From Candidatus Latescibacterota bacterium (GTDB lineage Bacteria > Latescibacterota > UBA2968 > GCA-2709665), in contig OZ242180.1 of NCBI GenBank assembly GCA_965205485.1, positions 4,800,001 through 4,864,000 on the forward strand: 64,000 nt of DNA, given 5' to 3'. The position numbers were made by a program, and so were the translations under genes. Of the stretch, positions 29,920 through 39,297 are shown one piece after another; the stretch's first letter is position 1; every line of letters begins with the position of its first letter. The notes under the pieces are model-generated. The model had not been told where the DNA came from and did no database searches. It saw only the letters and a program-made list of their open reading frames with translations.

Positions 29920-31150
29920 GCGGCACCCCGGAATAATCGTCCGCTTTCGATGGTTCGGAAATATCCCGCCCGCGGTCGGGGCGGCTCACCCGCCTGGCCC
30001 CCAGGTCGATCTCGTCCAGTGCCATCCCGATTTCCTCGCGGACGGCCTCGTCGGACTCGGCGGCGCCCGCATCGGAAAGCGCGCGCCGCGCATCGGGCCC
30101 GCCGATGCGGCCGAGCGCCCAGGCCGCATGGCCGCGGACGAGGGGTTCAGCATCGGACAACGCAGCCGTCAACGCGGGAATATCGGCGGCGGCGCCGCGA
30201 TTGCCCAGAGCCACGGCGGCGTTGCGCAGCAACCCGCGCCGTTTGGCGCGTTTGATCGGGCTTCCGCGAAATCTCCGGCTGAACGCCCTCTGGTCCATGG
30301 AGAGTAATTCGGCGAGTTCGGGCGCTTCGAGACCCGCACGGGCCTTCAGCGCCGGCTCCCCGGACGGCCTGCTCTGTTTTCTGTTCCACGGACAGACTTC
30401 CTGGCAAATATCGCATCCGTAAATCCAGTCATCCATCCGTTCCCTGTAGGGCCTTGGAATCCCGCCCTTCAACTCGATGGTCAGGTACGAGATGCACCGG
30501 TTGGAGTCCAGCACATAGGGCTGTGGTATCGCATCGGTGGGGCAGGCGTCCATGCATAGGGTGCAGGTCCCGCAATGGTCGGCAACGGGGCGGTCGTAAG
30601 CCAGAGGCAGGTTCAGCAGAATCTCACCGAGAAAGAACCACGAACCTCTTCGCTTATGGATGAGGTTGGTGTGCTTCCCAAACCATCCCATGCCGGCGCG
30701 GGCGGCGAAATCGCGTTCGAGTACGGGTCCCGTGTCGACGTATGCCCGGCCCTTCACGCCGGATCCCAGGGTCTGAATCCATTCCAGCAGTTTCTTCAAC
30801 CGGGCGTTCATCAGGTCATGGTAATCGTCGCCCCTGGCGTACCTGGAGATCCTGCCCGTGGCGCGCGCACCTGCCGGCGGCGCGCCGTTCTCCTGATCGT
30901 AATTCATCCCCACGCAAAGGACCGTTCTTGCGCCCGGCAGCACGTTCCCGGGATGGGACCTCCGGTCGAGATTCCGGCGAAGATAGGCCATCTGGCCGGC
31001 ATACCCCTTCGCCAGCCAGTCCAGATAGAAGCCCCAGTGCTCGGGCGGCCCCGCGGGGGCGACGCCCACAGGGCTGAAACCCATGCCGCGGGCCTTTCGC
31101 TTGATCCGCGCCGTTAATTTTCGCCGGTCGTCTTCGGTATGCGTAGACAT
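29900..31150 (-). CDS. queG: Epoxyqueuosine reductase QueG
   Basis: SRYARGDDYH, YVDTGPVLER, GSWFFLGE, CGTCTLCMDACPT, CISYLTIE, GCDICQEVCPWN, HEAT-like tail. Confidence 0.95.
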   Translation of the reverse strand: MSTHTEDDRRKLTARIKRKARGMGFSPVGVAPAGPPEHWGFYLDWLAKGYAGQMAYLRRNLDRRSHPGNVLPGARTVLCVGMNYDQENGAPPAGARATGRISRYARGDDYHDLMNARLKKLLEWIQTLGSGVKGRAYVDTGPVLERDFAARAGMGWFGKHTNLIHKRRGSWFFLGEILLNLPLAYDRPVADHCGTCTLCMDACPTDAIPQPYVLDSNRCISYLTIELKGGIPRPYRERMDDWIYGCDICQEVCPWNRKQSRPSGEPALKARAGLEAPELAELLSMDQRAFSRRFRGSPIKRAKRRGLLRNAAVALGNRGAAADIPALTAALSDAEPLVRGHAAWALGRIGGPDARRALSDAGAAESDEAVREEIGMALDEIDLGARRVSRPDRGRDISEPSKADDYSGVPHAASRH

Positions 31151-31167
31151 GGACTCCAAACAAGCCC

Positions 31168-31201
31168 AAAAGGACAGGGAACGGACGTACCCTGTCCTTT
31201 T
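31168..31201. terminator. Bidirectional-type intrinsic terminator between the iscU-like gene and queG
   Basis: AAAAGGACAGGG-N10-CCCTGTCCTTTT perfect 12-bp IR. Confidence 0.75.
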
Positions 31202-31227
31202 CAGTGCGTTCGAATCAATCCGTCACG

Positions 31228-31608
31228 TCAGGCCCCGGCCCGGGACCTGAAATCCGCAATTGCCTCCCTGACCGCATCCCGTGCCAGCGCGACCGCGTGC
31301 TTTCTTGTGGGTGGCAGTCCGCCCAGCCTGGTCTCCACGTCCGCCCGTGTTACCGCGACCGCAGCCGCAACCGGGAGGCCCGACACCATTTCCGTTATTG
31401 CCGAAGCGGCGGCGATTGTGGCCGTGCAGCCCTGAGCCTGAAACTTCGCGCGCACGACCCGTTCGTCGACGATTCTCAGTTGAAGCGACACGACCGCGCC
31501 GGACGCCGGATTCTCGACCGTGGCGGCGCCGTCCGCATTCTGCATGGTACCTGCGTTGCGCGGATTCCTGAAATGATCGAGCGCAGTCTCGCTGTAGACC
31601 TCGGCCAT
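31228..31608 (-). CDS. IscU/NifU-N fold protein with degenerate cluster ligands
   Basis: YSETALDHFRNPRNAG, FQAQGC, LGGLPP.RKH; only one Cys in the protein. Confidence 0.85.
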   Translation of the reverse strand: MAEVYSETALDHFRNPRNAGTMQNADGAATVENPASGAVVSLQLRIVDERVVRAKFQAQGCTATIAAASAITEMVSGLPVAAAVAVTRADVETRLGGLPPTRKHAVALARDAVREAIADFRSRAGA

Positions 31609-31630
31609 GGTCGCCCAACCACCCCTCGGC

Positions 31631-32128
31631 TTATCGGGTGTTTTCGAGTGGCCTTCGAGGCGGCGTAAGCGTCACACGGTCTTCTACGGCCAGCAGTTTC
31701 TCTTTCGTGTAAATCAACTCGGCGCGGCTTTCCGCCACCAGTTCGGTTCGCTCGGTCATGACGATCGCGTCTTCAGGACAGGCCTCAACGCACATGCCGC
31801 AGAAAATGCACCGCAGCATATCGATGTCAAACCGCTTCGGATGCTTCTCGCGATCCTCCCAGGGCGCTTCCTCTGCCTCGATGGCGATGCATGCGGCCGG
31901 ACAGGCCGTGGCGCACATGTAGCACGCGACGCACTTCGGACGACCTTTATCGTCCTTCGTTAGCTTGTGCAGCCCTCGGTATCCGCTGGGTTTTGTCCAG
32001 GTTTCCTCCGGATACTGCATCGTGATCTTCTTGCCGAGCAGATGACGGAAGGTCAGCGACAGGCCCTTTGTGATTGCCGGAAGATACATTCTTTCGGTCA
32101 GCGTCATTTCGTGACCGACTTTTTTCAT
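31631..32128 (-). CDS. nuoI: NADH-quinone oxidoreductase subunit I-like 2x[4Fe-4S] protein (orphan)
   Basis: TMQYPEE, YRGLH, CVACYMCATACP, IDMLRCIFCGMCVEACP; AGGAGAG RBS. Confidence 0.9.
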   Translation of the reverse strand: MKKVGHEMTLTERMYLPAITKGLSLTFRHLLGKKITMQYPEETWTKPSGYRGLHKLTKDDKGRPKCVACYMCATACPAACIAIEAEEAPWEDREKHPKRFDIDMLRCIFCGMCVEACPEDAIVMTERTELVAESRAELIYTKEKLLAVEDRVTLTPPRRPLENTR

Positions 32129-33746
32129 ATCGGCGCTCTCCTCTCCTGTTTCGGGATCGGCCCTTGCGTCTCTTGTTCGTACGTCCGGCCCACTGGGTGG
32201 CGACGGTTTGCCGGATCAATGTAACCTGAATCTCGCCGGGATAGGTCATGCCCTCCCGGATGCGCTGAGCAATTTCGAAGGACAGGGCCTTGGCGTGTTC
32301 GTCATCCACGCGGCCGGCATTCACCATCACCCGGATCTCCCGTCCGGCGTTGATCGCGTACGCGTCTCGAACGCCCTGGAAACCACGGGCGATATCCTCC
32401 AGATCCCGCACCCTTCGAATATACCCTTCAGCGTCGTCGCGGCGGGCGCCCGGACGCGACGAGGAAATGGCGTCCGCAGCCTTGACGAGGAAAGAAATGG
32501 GAGAACTGGCTTCGGCATCTCCGTGATGGTAGAGGATGGCATTTCCGACTTCCTGCCCTTCGCCGTGCTTGCGAACCAGCGCCACGCCGATGTCGGTATG
32601 GGTTCCTTCCTGTTCCTGATCGACCGCTTTGCCGATGTCGTGCAACAGCCCGGCCCGCCGCGCAAGCATTTCGTCCATCCTCAGTTCCGCAGCCATCGCG
32701 CCTGCCAGAAACGCCACTTCCTTGGAATGACCCAACACGCTCTGACCGTAACTCGTCCGGTATTTCAGACGTCCCAGCATCGATACGAGCTCGGAGTGCA
32801 TGTTATCGATGCCCACTTCACTGACCGCTCGCCGGCCCTCCTCTTCGACAAGGGTCTCAATGCGGTCCTCGCATTCGGCCACGACCTCTTCCACGCGGCT
32901 GGGGTTGATTCGCCCCTCCTTCACCAGCTGCTCCATTGCCAGCCTCGCCACGTCCCGCTTTACCGGATCGAAGCTGGAAAGCACAACGGCTTCCGGCGTG
33001 TCGTTCACAATGACCTTGACGCCGGTAGCAGCCTCGAAGGAGATGATGTTCCGCCCTTCCTTGCCGACAATCCTTCCCTTGATATCGTCGTCGGGCAGCG
33101 CCACGACCGAGATGGACGATTGCACGGTCTGGTCCGTGGAACATCGTTCAATTGCTTGCGCGATTATCTTCTTCGACTCACGTTCCGACCGCTCCCGGGC
33201 CTGATCCATGATTTCCATGCCCATCGCGGTGGCCGTATGGCGGAGATCGGTCTCGATGGTCTCCAGAAGCATTTCCCGGGCGCGGTCCACGTTCATGCCG
33301 GATATGCGTTCCAGCAGGGCGCGCTGTTCGCCCAGCACCTGTTCGAGTTCCTGTTGATTCTGATCCAGCCGTACCGCGCGCTGCCGTACGTCGCGCTCCC
33401 TGCGATTCAGATCCTTGTTTCGCTGTTTGAGGTTTTCGTACTGCTCGAGTATGCCGTTCTCTTTTTCGTTGAGGTCCTCATCCCGTCGCTCCAGTTCACG
33501 CCTCTTGCTGTCCAGTTCGCGCTCGAACGTCGTTTTAGCGTCGTACCACCTATTTTTCTCTTCGAGAAACGTGGCCCTGCGCTCCCGACCCGCCTTCTCG
33601 ACCATTTTTGAAATCCGACGCTCGGTGTGGTGTTCAATTTCCTGAATTTTGCGGGCTTTAAGCCTCGCGGACAGGAACCACCCGACAGCGAACAGGAGAA
33701 TCGCGCAAGCAATGGCAAGACCGACTGAGTATGCATCCAGTGCCAT
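31947..33746 (-). CDS. rny: Ribonuclease Y
   Basis: N-terminal TM, coiled coil, KH (KGRIVGKEGRNI), HD (LLHDIGKA), ADAISSSRPGARR, AGREIRVMV; GGGAGG RBS before ATG 33746. Confidence 0.95.
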   Translation of the reverse strand: MALDAYSVGLAIACAILLFAVGWFLSARLKARKIQEIEHHTERRISKMVEKAGRERRATFLEEKNRWYDAKTTFERELDSKRRELERRDEDLNEKENGILEQYENLKQRNKDLNRRERDVRQRAVRLDQNQQELEQVLGEQRALLERISGMNVDRAREMLLETIETDLRHTATAMGMEIMDQARERSERESKKIIAQAIERCSTDQTVQSSISVVALPDDDIKGRIVGKEGRNIISFEAATGVKVIVNDTPEAVVLSSFDPVKRDVARLAMEQLVKEGRINPSRVEEVVAECEDRIETLVEEEGRRAVSEVGIDNMHSELVSMLGRLKYRTSYGQSVLGHSKEVAFLAGAMAAELRMDEMLARRAGLLHDIGKAVDQEQEGTHTDIGVALVRKHGEGQEVGNAILYHHGDAEASSPISFLVKAADAISSSRPGARRDDAEGYIRRVRDLEDIARGFQGVRDAYAINAGREIRVMVNAGRVDDEHAKALSFEIAQRIREGMTYPGEIQVTLIRQTVATQWAGRTNKRRKGRSRNRRGERRYEKSRSRNDADRKNVSSGNHKGPVADLPSSARQEDHDAVSGGNLDKTQRIPRAAQANEGR

Positions 33747-33768
33747 TGAAGCCTCCCGTTTTCGGTAA

Positions 33769-33930
33769 GAGGCTGTTTTAAAATTACCGGTGAGTTCCCG
33801 AGCGCGAGCGAAAAAGTGGCGGTCAAGGCGGGAAAATCCGCCCATATTTGTCTATACGGGTGGGTTTGACCAACGCTGAACGCCGCTTTTGCAGCCGCGC
33901 GAAGACCGCTGGGAATTTTAAGACAGCCTC
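33769..33930 (+). mobile_element. MITE family 1, copy A (162 bp, TAA target duplication)
   Basis: TIR GAGGCTGTTTTAAAATT / AATTTTAAGACAGCCTC, TAA on both sides, near-identical to three other copies. Confidence 0.88.
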
Positions 33931-34038
33931 TAAGATTGAGATCCAGGTCAATCGATTGACGCACGTTTGGCTCCACAGTGAATTGTCGCTCCCGCTCCCT
34001 GAGGCGATGCGACGCCGGTTCTCCGGAATTCTCCGATA

Positions 34039-34227
34039 GAAGCTGTTTTAAAATTACCGGTGAGTTCCCGAGCGCGAGCGAAAAAGTGGCGGTCAAGGCG
34101 GGAAAATCCGCCCATATTTTAATGTATCGTGGCTGCGCGCCCCTCGCCACTCTTGGGTGGGTTTGACCAACGCCGACCGGCGCTTTTGCAGCCGCGCGAA
34201 GACCGCTGGGAATTTTAAGACAGCTTC
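34039..34227 (+). mobile_element. MITE family 1, copy B (189 bp)
   Basis: TIR GAAGCTGTTTTAAAATT / AATTTTAAGACAGCTTC; no clean TSD (ATA/GTG). Confidence 0.85.
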
Positions 34228-34320
34228 GTGAAGCCAATTGCCGCCTGTGCCCGATCAGGAACAGGCCCGCAAAGTGCAACAAAGAAAGCATAATACTCCG
34301 GTTCAACTGATCGTTCGGAC

Positions 34321-34353
34321 AACAAAGGGAGGCATCCCACCCGGACCCCTCCC
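34321..34353 (-). terminator. Possible terminator after the A-type carrier gene
   Basis: Minus strand GGGAGG...CCTCCC followed by TTTGTT. Confidence 0.45.
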
Positions 34354-34408
34354 TCTCCCAATCCGGAAACGAACCGGCCGCTGCAGCAGAACGGTCCGGC
34401 TCATTTCA

Positions 34409-34732
34409 TCATACACCAAACGACTCCCCGCAGCCGCACTGATTCGTGGCATTGGGATTCGATACCTTGAAACCCGCTCCCATCAACCCGTCGTCATAAT
34501 CCAGCTCGGACCCCGCGAGATAAAGCGCGCTTTTCATGTCCACAAACACCCTGACGCCGTTGCTTTCGATGGTGTCGTCATCTTCGCCGGGACCGGTTTC
34601 AAAACCCAACTGGTACTGCAGCCCGGAACATCCGCCTCCGACCACTTTCATCCGGAGACCCGCGTCGGGAACGCCTTCCCGGTCCAGCAAATCCTTGATC
34701 TTTACCGCGGCAGCTTCGGAGACCGTAACCAT
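34409..34732 (-). CDS. iscA: A-type Fe-S carrier (IscA/ErpA/HesB family)
   Basis: GGGCSGLQY, VFVDMKSALYL, FKVSNPNA..CGCGESF. Confidence 0.92.
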   Translation of the reverse strand: MVTVSEAAAVKIKDLLDREGVPDAGLRMKVVGGGCSGLQYQLGFETGPGEDDDTIESNGVRVFVDMKSALYLAGSELDYDDGLMGAGFKVSNPNATNQCGCGESFGV

Positions 34733-34761
34733 TGTGCCCTCGATATTTTCGGGATCCTTAA

Positions 34762-34921
34762 CTGTCCGTTGAGAAAGGCGCTCTGCAGGCGAGGCCGAGC
34801 CATTGTGGTCGAAGACAAGGCGCGCGACCGAGTCCCATCCTGCGATTCGGCGAGGGAGCGCAACGCAGTATTTCGACCGCAAGGGCCGGCCGTAGCCCGG
34901 ATGGGCTTTTTCAACGGGCTG
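34762..34921 (+). mobile_element. Palindromic MITE-like element, family 2 (160 bp, TTAA target duplication)
   Basis: TIR CTGTCCGTTGAGAAAG / CTTTTTCAACGGGCTG, TTAA at 34758-61 and 34922-25; inner IR TTGTGGTCGAA / TTCGACCGCAA. Confidence 0.8.
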
Positions 34922-34935
34922 TTAAACGCCGCCGA

Positions 34936-35412
34936 TCAGCCGATAGAGGAGAGACAGCGCTTTACGGCGTCGAAATCGGGAAGTACCGTAGCGTCTTCAG
35001 ATACCTCCGCGTACCGCACGATCCCTTCCCGGTCTACGACGAACGCCGCGCGTTTCGCGACGCCCCTGAAACCCAGAAGATCCTGATATTGAGCTCCGTA
35101 GGCGGCGCTCACCTCTTTGTTGAAATCGCTCAGCAGCGGAAATGAAATATTGTTCTCGTCCGCCCAGGCTTCCTGGGCGAAGGGGCTGTCCACACTGACT
35201 CCCAGCACCTGCGCGTTCAGATCGTCGTATTCGGACAGGCCGCCACTCACCGAACACATTTCATCCGTACAGACCGACGTATACGCAAGTGGAAAAAACA
35301 GCAGCACGACGTTCTTTTCGCCTCTGAAACCGCTTAGTGCCACGTCCTCGAGGTCGCCGCGCTTGCTCTTCAGGGTGAAGTCGGGCGCCTGATCGCCTAC
35401 ATTGACACTCAT
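34936..35412 (-). CDS. Peroxiredoxin (AhpC/TSA family, AhpE-like)
   Basis: VGDQAPDFTL, FFPLAYTSVCTDEMC (PxxxTxxC), SVDS, LLSDF, RAAFVVD. Confidence 0.92.
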   Translation of the reverse strand: MSVNVGDQAPDFTLKSKRGDLEDVALSGFRGEKNVVLLFFPLAYTSVCTDEMCSVSGGLSEYDDLNAQVLGVSVDSPFAQEAWADENNISFPLLSDFNKEVSAAYGAQYQDLLGFRGVAKRAAFVVDREGIVRYAEVSEDATVLPDFDAVKRCLSSIG

Positions 35413-35511
35413 GGAATGATCCTTTCTTGTAATTCCAGCATGCCGGCCGGAAATCCGATCCGAAAAAACAACGGCGGACGCTGTATTGGCATGCGCTGAC
35501 GGCGCGCCCGG

Positions 35512-36126
35512 TCAGGAAGTTGCAGCGGCGAATCGGGCCGCCACCGCGTCCCAGTCGATCACGTTTCCCCACGCCTGGATATAATCGGGTCGCCGGTTCT
35601 GATAATTCAGGTAATAAGCGTGCTCCCAGACGTCCAGTCCGAGTATCGGCGTACCGTCGCCGGACATCAGCGGGCTGTCCTGGTTCGGGGTACTGAGAAT
35701 CGCCAGACCGCCGTCCTTCACGACAACCCATGCCCAACCGCTGCCGAAACGGGTCGTTGCCGCCTGGACGAACTCGTCGCGCGCCGCGTCGAGGCTGCCG
35801 AACGCATCGTCGATCGCATCGGCCAGGTCACCGGAGGGCTCGCCGCCCCCGTTCGGGGACATCACGGTCCAGAACAGGCTGTGATTGGCATGGCCGCCGC
35901 CATTGTTCCGGACCGCGGTACGGATTGCCTCCGGAACGCCATCGAGATTGCTGACGAGATCCTCGACACTCTGGTCGGCCAGGTCGGCGTGTCCGTCGAG
36001 TGCGTTGTTCAGGTTCGTGATATACGTATTGTGGTGCCTGCTATGGTGAATTTCCATAGTGCGGGCGTCTATATGGGGCTCGAGAGCATCGTAACCGTAC
36101 GGCAGATCGGGAAGTGAATAAGCCAT
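35512..36126 (-). CDS. sodA: Superoxide dismutase, Mn-type signature
   Basis: [45 protein letters not shown]. Confidence 0.95.
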   Translation of the reverse strand: MAYSLPDLPYGYDALEPHIDARTMEIHHSRHHNTYITNLNNALDGHADLADQSVEDLVSNLDGVPEAIRTAVRNNGGGHANHSLFWTVMSPNGGGEPSGDLADAIDDAFGSLDAARDEFVQAATTRFGSGWAWVVVKDGGLAILSTPNQDSPLMSGDGTPILGLDVWEHAYYLNYQNRRPDYIQAWGNVIDWDAVAARFAAATS

Positions 36127-36197
36127 TGAGTACACTCCTTACGTTAATTGAGGATGGGATACAGAACCGGACGCTTCGGTAATACGTCCAAGACAAA

Positions 36198-36226
36198 AAT
36201 ATAACGAAGTAGAGGCACGTCGTCAA
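36198..36226 (-). promoter_or_regulatory. Putative sigma70 promoter of sodA
   Basis: Minus strand TTGACG-N17-TATATT. Confidence 0.6.
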
Positions 36227-36266
36227 GCGATTTCAATCCCCCCTTACTTATAGCAAAAACTTACAC

Positions 36267-37148
36267 TTATCGTATTTCCTGAACCGCCCGGCGTTCGGTT
36301 TCCACGACAATATTGTCGATGAGCCGGGATTCGCCGAACCGGACCGCCGCTGCCAGCAGCACTCTGTCTCCAAGCGCTTCGACGGGCCGGAAATCCTCCG
36401 CATCGACCGCCGCAATGTAATCGACCTCCACACCCGGGCCCAGAGTCACGCGGCGGCGCATGGCGTCGATGACCGCCGACGCGCGTCTTTCACCCTCCTG
36501 TACGAGATCTCTACCTTCCTGCAGGGCGCTGTAAAGCACCGTGGCACAACGCCGATGGCGGGGCGTCATGTAACGGTTGCGGGAACTCTTGGCCAACCCG
36601 TCCGCCTCTCTCACCGTTGGCGCGATCATGACTTCCACGTCCAGATTCAGGTCGGCGACAATCCTGCGGACAACGCCCGTCTGCTGGGCGTCTTTCTGAC
36701 CGAATATGGCCACGTGCGGTTTGACGGCTGTGAGGAGTTTGGTCACCACCGTGGCCACGCCCCGGAAATGACCGGGTCGGGACGCTCCGCACAGATGGTC
36801 AGCCAGTCGTTCCACCTCCAGATACGTCGCGTAGCCGTCCGGGTACATTTCCGCTGTCGACGGCGCATAGACCAGGTCGCCTCCCTCCGAGTGGACCATT
36901 GCCAGGTCCCGTTCGAAATCGCGAGGATACGTCTCGAAATCCTCGCCGGGTCCGAACTGTGCGGGATTGACGAAGACGCTCACGACCGTCCGGTCGGTCA
37001 CCCGCCCGATCTGGCGCATCAGGCTGGCATGACCCTCGTGGAGATACCCCATGGTAGGTACCAGCCCGATCCGGAGTCCGTCCATTCTCATCCGGTCCGC
37101 AACCCGATGCATGTCCCGCACATGCCGAACGACCCTGACAGGTTCCAT
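36267..37148 (-). CDS. panC: Pantoate--beta-alanine ligase
   Basis: VPTMGYLHEGH, SVFVNPAQF, RPGHFRGV, FGQKDAQQ, GLAKSSRN, RLIDN. Confidence 0.96.
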   Translation of the reverse strand: MEPVRVVRHVRDMHRVADRMRMDGLRIGLVPTMGYLHEGHASLMRQIGRVTDRTVVSVFVNPAQFGPGEDFETYPRDFERDLAMVHSEGGDLVYAPSTAEMYPDGYATYLEVERLADHLCGASRPGHFRGVATVVTKLLTAVKPHVAIFGQKDAQQTGVVRRIVADLNLDVEVMIAPTVREADGLAKSSRNRYMTPRHRRCATVLYSALQEGRDLVQEGERRASAVIDAMRRRVTLGPGVEVDYIAAVDAEDFRPVEALGDRVLLAAAVRFGESRLIDNIVVETERRAVQEIR

Positions 37149-37236
37149 TCTCTTCCCGGACGCCCTTTCTGAAACAAAAACGCAGGACGGGAGATCCCCG
37201 CCCCACGGTACTGTTCCTCAAAGGCGGACCTCGAGT

Positions 37237-38079
37237 CTACTCTTCCGCGAGCGCCTTGAACTTCCGCAACTCTTCGTTCCGGATACGATAGCGATGCTCC
37301 TCGGCCGGATACCGCTTTTCCTTCACATCGGTAACGTACCTCGCAAAGGCATTGCGGATGGTGCCTCCGAGTTCCGCGTACCGTTTGGAATACCTGAATG
37401 AAAAGTCATTGAGACCCAACAGGTCCGGCGCCACCAGCACCTGGCCGTCGCACCGTCGACCCGACCCGATGCCGATCGTAGGGATGCGCAACGCGCGAGA
37501 AACAACGCCGGCCACCTGTTCGGGAACGCATTCGAGCACCACGGCTGACGCCCCCGCGGCCTCCAGCGCGAGCGCTCCCGCGAGAACACGGGCAGCCTCG
37601 TCGGCGCGGTCGCCGTAGACATGCCTGTTTCCCTTCCAGGTCTGCGGCAAATGACCCACGTGGCCGACGACCGGGATGCCGTCCGCCGTGATCGCGCCGA
37701 TCCTTCCCGCCACTTCCCCGGCGCCTTCGAGCTTGACCATATCGGCCCCCGCGTCCGCGAGTTGCCGGGCGTTGACGACCGCCTGGGCGTCCGTCTCATA
37801 GGACCGGTAAGGCAGGTCCGCCAGCAGGATCGAATTCCGGACGCCCCGACTGACGGCGCGGGTGTGGTGCAGCATATCCTCCATCGTTACCTGCTGGGGG
37901 CTTTCGTATCCAAGTATGTTAATCCCCACCGAATCGCCGACCAGGATGACATCCACCTGCGACGCATCCTGCAGGACGGCGGTGGGAAAATCGTAACACG
38001 TCAGCATGGCGATCGGTTCGCCCCGCCGCTTCATCTCCGGAAGAACGCCGGTGGCGGTACGTGATTCCTCTTCGGACAC
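37237..38079 (-). CDS. panB: 3-methyl-2-oxobutanoate hydroxymethyltransferase
   Basis: MLTCYD, LVGDS, ADLPY, VKLEG, PTIGIGSG..CDGQVLV. Confidence 0.95.
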   Translation of the reverse strand: MSEEESRTATGVLPEMKRRGEPIAMLTCYDFPTAVLQDASQVDVILVGDSVGINILGYESPQQVTMEDMLHHTRAVSRGVRNSILLADLPYRSYETDAQAVVNARQLADAGADMVKLEGAGEVAGRIGAITADGIPVVGHVGHLPQTWKGNRHVYGDRADEAARVLAGALALEAAGASAVVLECVPEQVAGVVSRALRIPTIGIGSGRRCDGQVLVAPDLLGLNDFSFRYSKRYAELGGTIRNAFARYVTDVKEKRYPAEEHRYRIRNEELRKFKALAEE

Positions 38080-38128
38080 CTCTTTAACTTCCTTTCCTGC
38101 GTATCCGTTTTCAACGCGCGTTCAGTGA

Positions 38129-38770
38129 TCAGGCCTCGATCTGTGAGGGACGATAGTAGCGGGTGCCGGCGGGCGGCGCCTTCACCTGCTGCAGCAGTTC
38201 CTCCAGGCCCTCCGGATGCCGTACGAAGTCGACCTGAGACACATTGATGATGAGCAAAGGCGACTCGGAATAGTGAAAGAAGAAATGAGTGTACGCCTCA
38301 ACGAGCCTGGCCATGTACGATTCAGTCATCAGCCGTTCGTACGAGGGCGGCTGTCTGCGAATCCGCTGCAGGAGACTTTCGGTTGAATTGTGGAGGTAGA
38401 TGACCAGATCGGGATTCGGCACTTTTTCATCGAGCGTCTCCGCCATACGCTCGTAAAGGGAAAGTTCGGCGTCGTTAAGGCACACATGGGCGTATATCCC
38501 GCTTCTGGCGAACAGATAGTTGCTGACCACCGTGGATTCGAACAGGTCCATCTGATGAAGGTCCTGTTGCTGCCGGTACCGGTGCAGCATGAAGAACACC
38601 TGCGTCTGGAATCCGTAATGCTCCGGATTTTCGTAGAACAGGGGCAGAAAGGGGTTCTCCTCCGCTTCCTCCAGGACCAGACGGGCCTTCATCGACCTTC
38701 CGAGGAGGCGCGCAAGCTCGGTCTTGCCCACGCAAGGGGGGCCTTCGATCGCGAGGTAACGTACGGCCAC
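38129..38770 (-). CDS. Deoxynucleoside kinase family protein
   Basis: LAIEGPPCVGKT P-loop, NPFLPLFY, PDLVIYL; usual folK-dNK-panB context. Confidence 0.9.
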   Translation of the reverse strand: MAVRYLAIEGPPCVGKTELARLLGRSMKARLVLEEAEENPFLPLFYENPEHYGFQTQVFFMLHRYRQQQDLHQMDLFESTVVSNYLFARSGIYAHVCLNDAELSLYERMAETLDEKVPNPDLVIYLHNSTESLLQRIRRQPPSYERLMTESYMARLVEAYTHFFFHYSESPLLIINVSQVDFVRHPEGLEELLQQVKAPPAGTRYYRPSQIEA

Positions 38771-38781
38771 GAAATACGCCC

Positions 38782-39294
38782 TTATGTGCGAACCGACAGC
38801 AGCGAAAGGCCGTCCAGCTTTCGTACTTCCTGGGTCGGAACGACCGATTCCGCCAATTCCGAAAAGGTCTTGTTGAACAACGGATGGTGTCCACGGGGCG
38901 CCAACTCGCACAGCGGAACCAGTACGAAAGCCCGCTCGTGCAACCTCGGATGTGGAATCTCCAGCCCTCGACCTCGAATGATCTCATTCTCGTAAAGGAG
39001 GATATCCAGGTCCAGCAGCCGAGGCCCCCACCTCTGTCTGCGGACCCTTCCAAACCTTCTTTCGACCGCGAGCAGGCATTCCAGCAGAGAACGCGGGCTT
39101 AGGTCTGTTTCCGCCGACAGCACCGCATTCAGGAACATCGGCTGCGCCGTCATCCCGACCGGCGCAGTCTCGTAGACCGGGGAGGCGGCCTTCACTTCGA
39201 GATTATCGTGCTCGTCGAGCGCGGCAGCGGCCCGGCGCAACACACCTGCGCGGTCGTCCAGGTTCGCCCCCATACCGATGTAGGAGAGCGCCAT
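38782..39294 (-). CDS. folK: 2-amino-4-hydroxy-6-hydroxymethyldihydropteridine diphosphokinase
   Basis: YIGMGAN, YETAPVG, FLNAV, WGPRLLDLDILLY, PHPRLHERAFVL. Confidence 0.96.
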   Translation of the reverse strand: MALSYIGMGANLDDRAGVLRRAAAALDEHDNLEVKAASPVYETAPVGMTAQPMFLNAVLSAETDLSPRSLLECLLAVERRFGRVRRQRWGPRLLDLDILLYENEIIRGRGLEIPHPRLHERAFVLVPLCELAPRGHHPLFNKTFSELAESVVPTQEVRKLDGLSLLSVRT

Positions 39295-39297
39295 TTG

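Noticed and set aside
33769..34227. 6S RNA, CRISPR array or composite transposon interpretation of the repeats upstream of rny
   Set aside because: Copies have TIRs, TSDs and dispersed siblings; units are far too long for CRISPR and no cas genes are present; outer flanks (TAA/GTG) are not a shared duplication
33407..34306. 299-aa ORF with an internal repeat
   Set aside because: It is a read-through of two MITE copies and overlaps rny in another frame; treated as a MITE property, not a gene
1..35412. Selenocysteine or stop-codon recoding in the redox proteins (TlpA, Prx, IscU-like, IscA)
   Set aside because: Active-site positions are ordinary sense codons; no in-frame TGA seen
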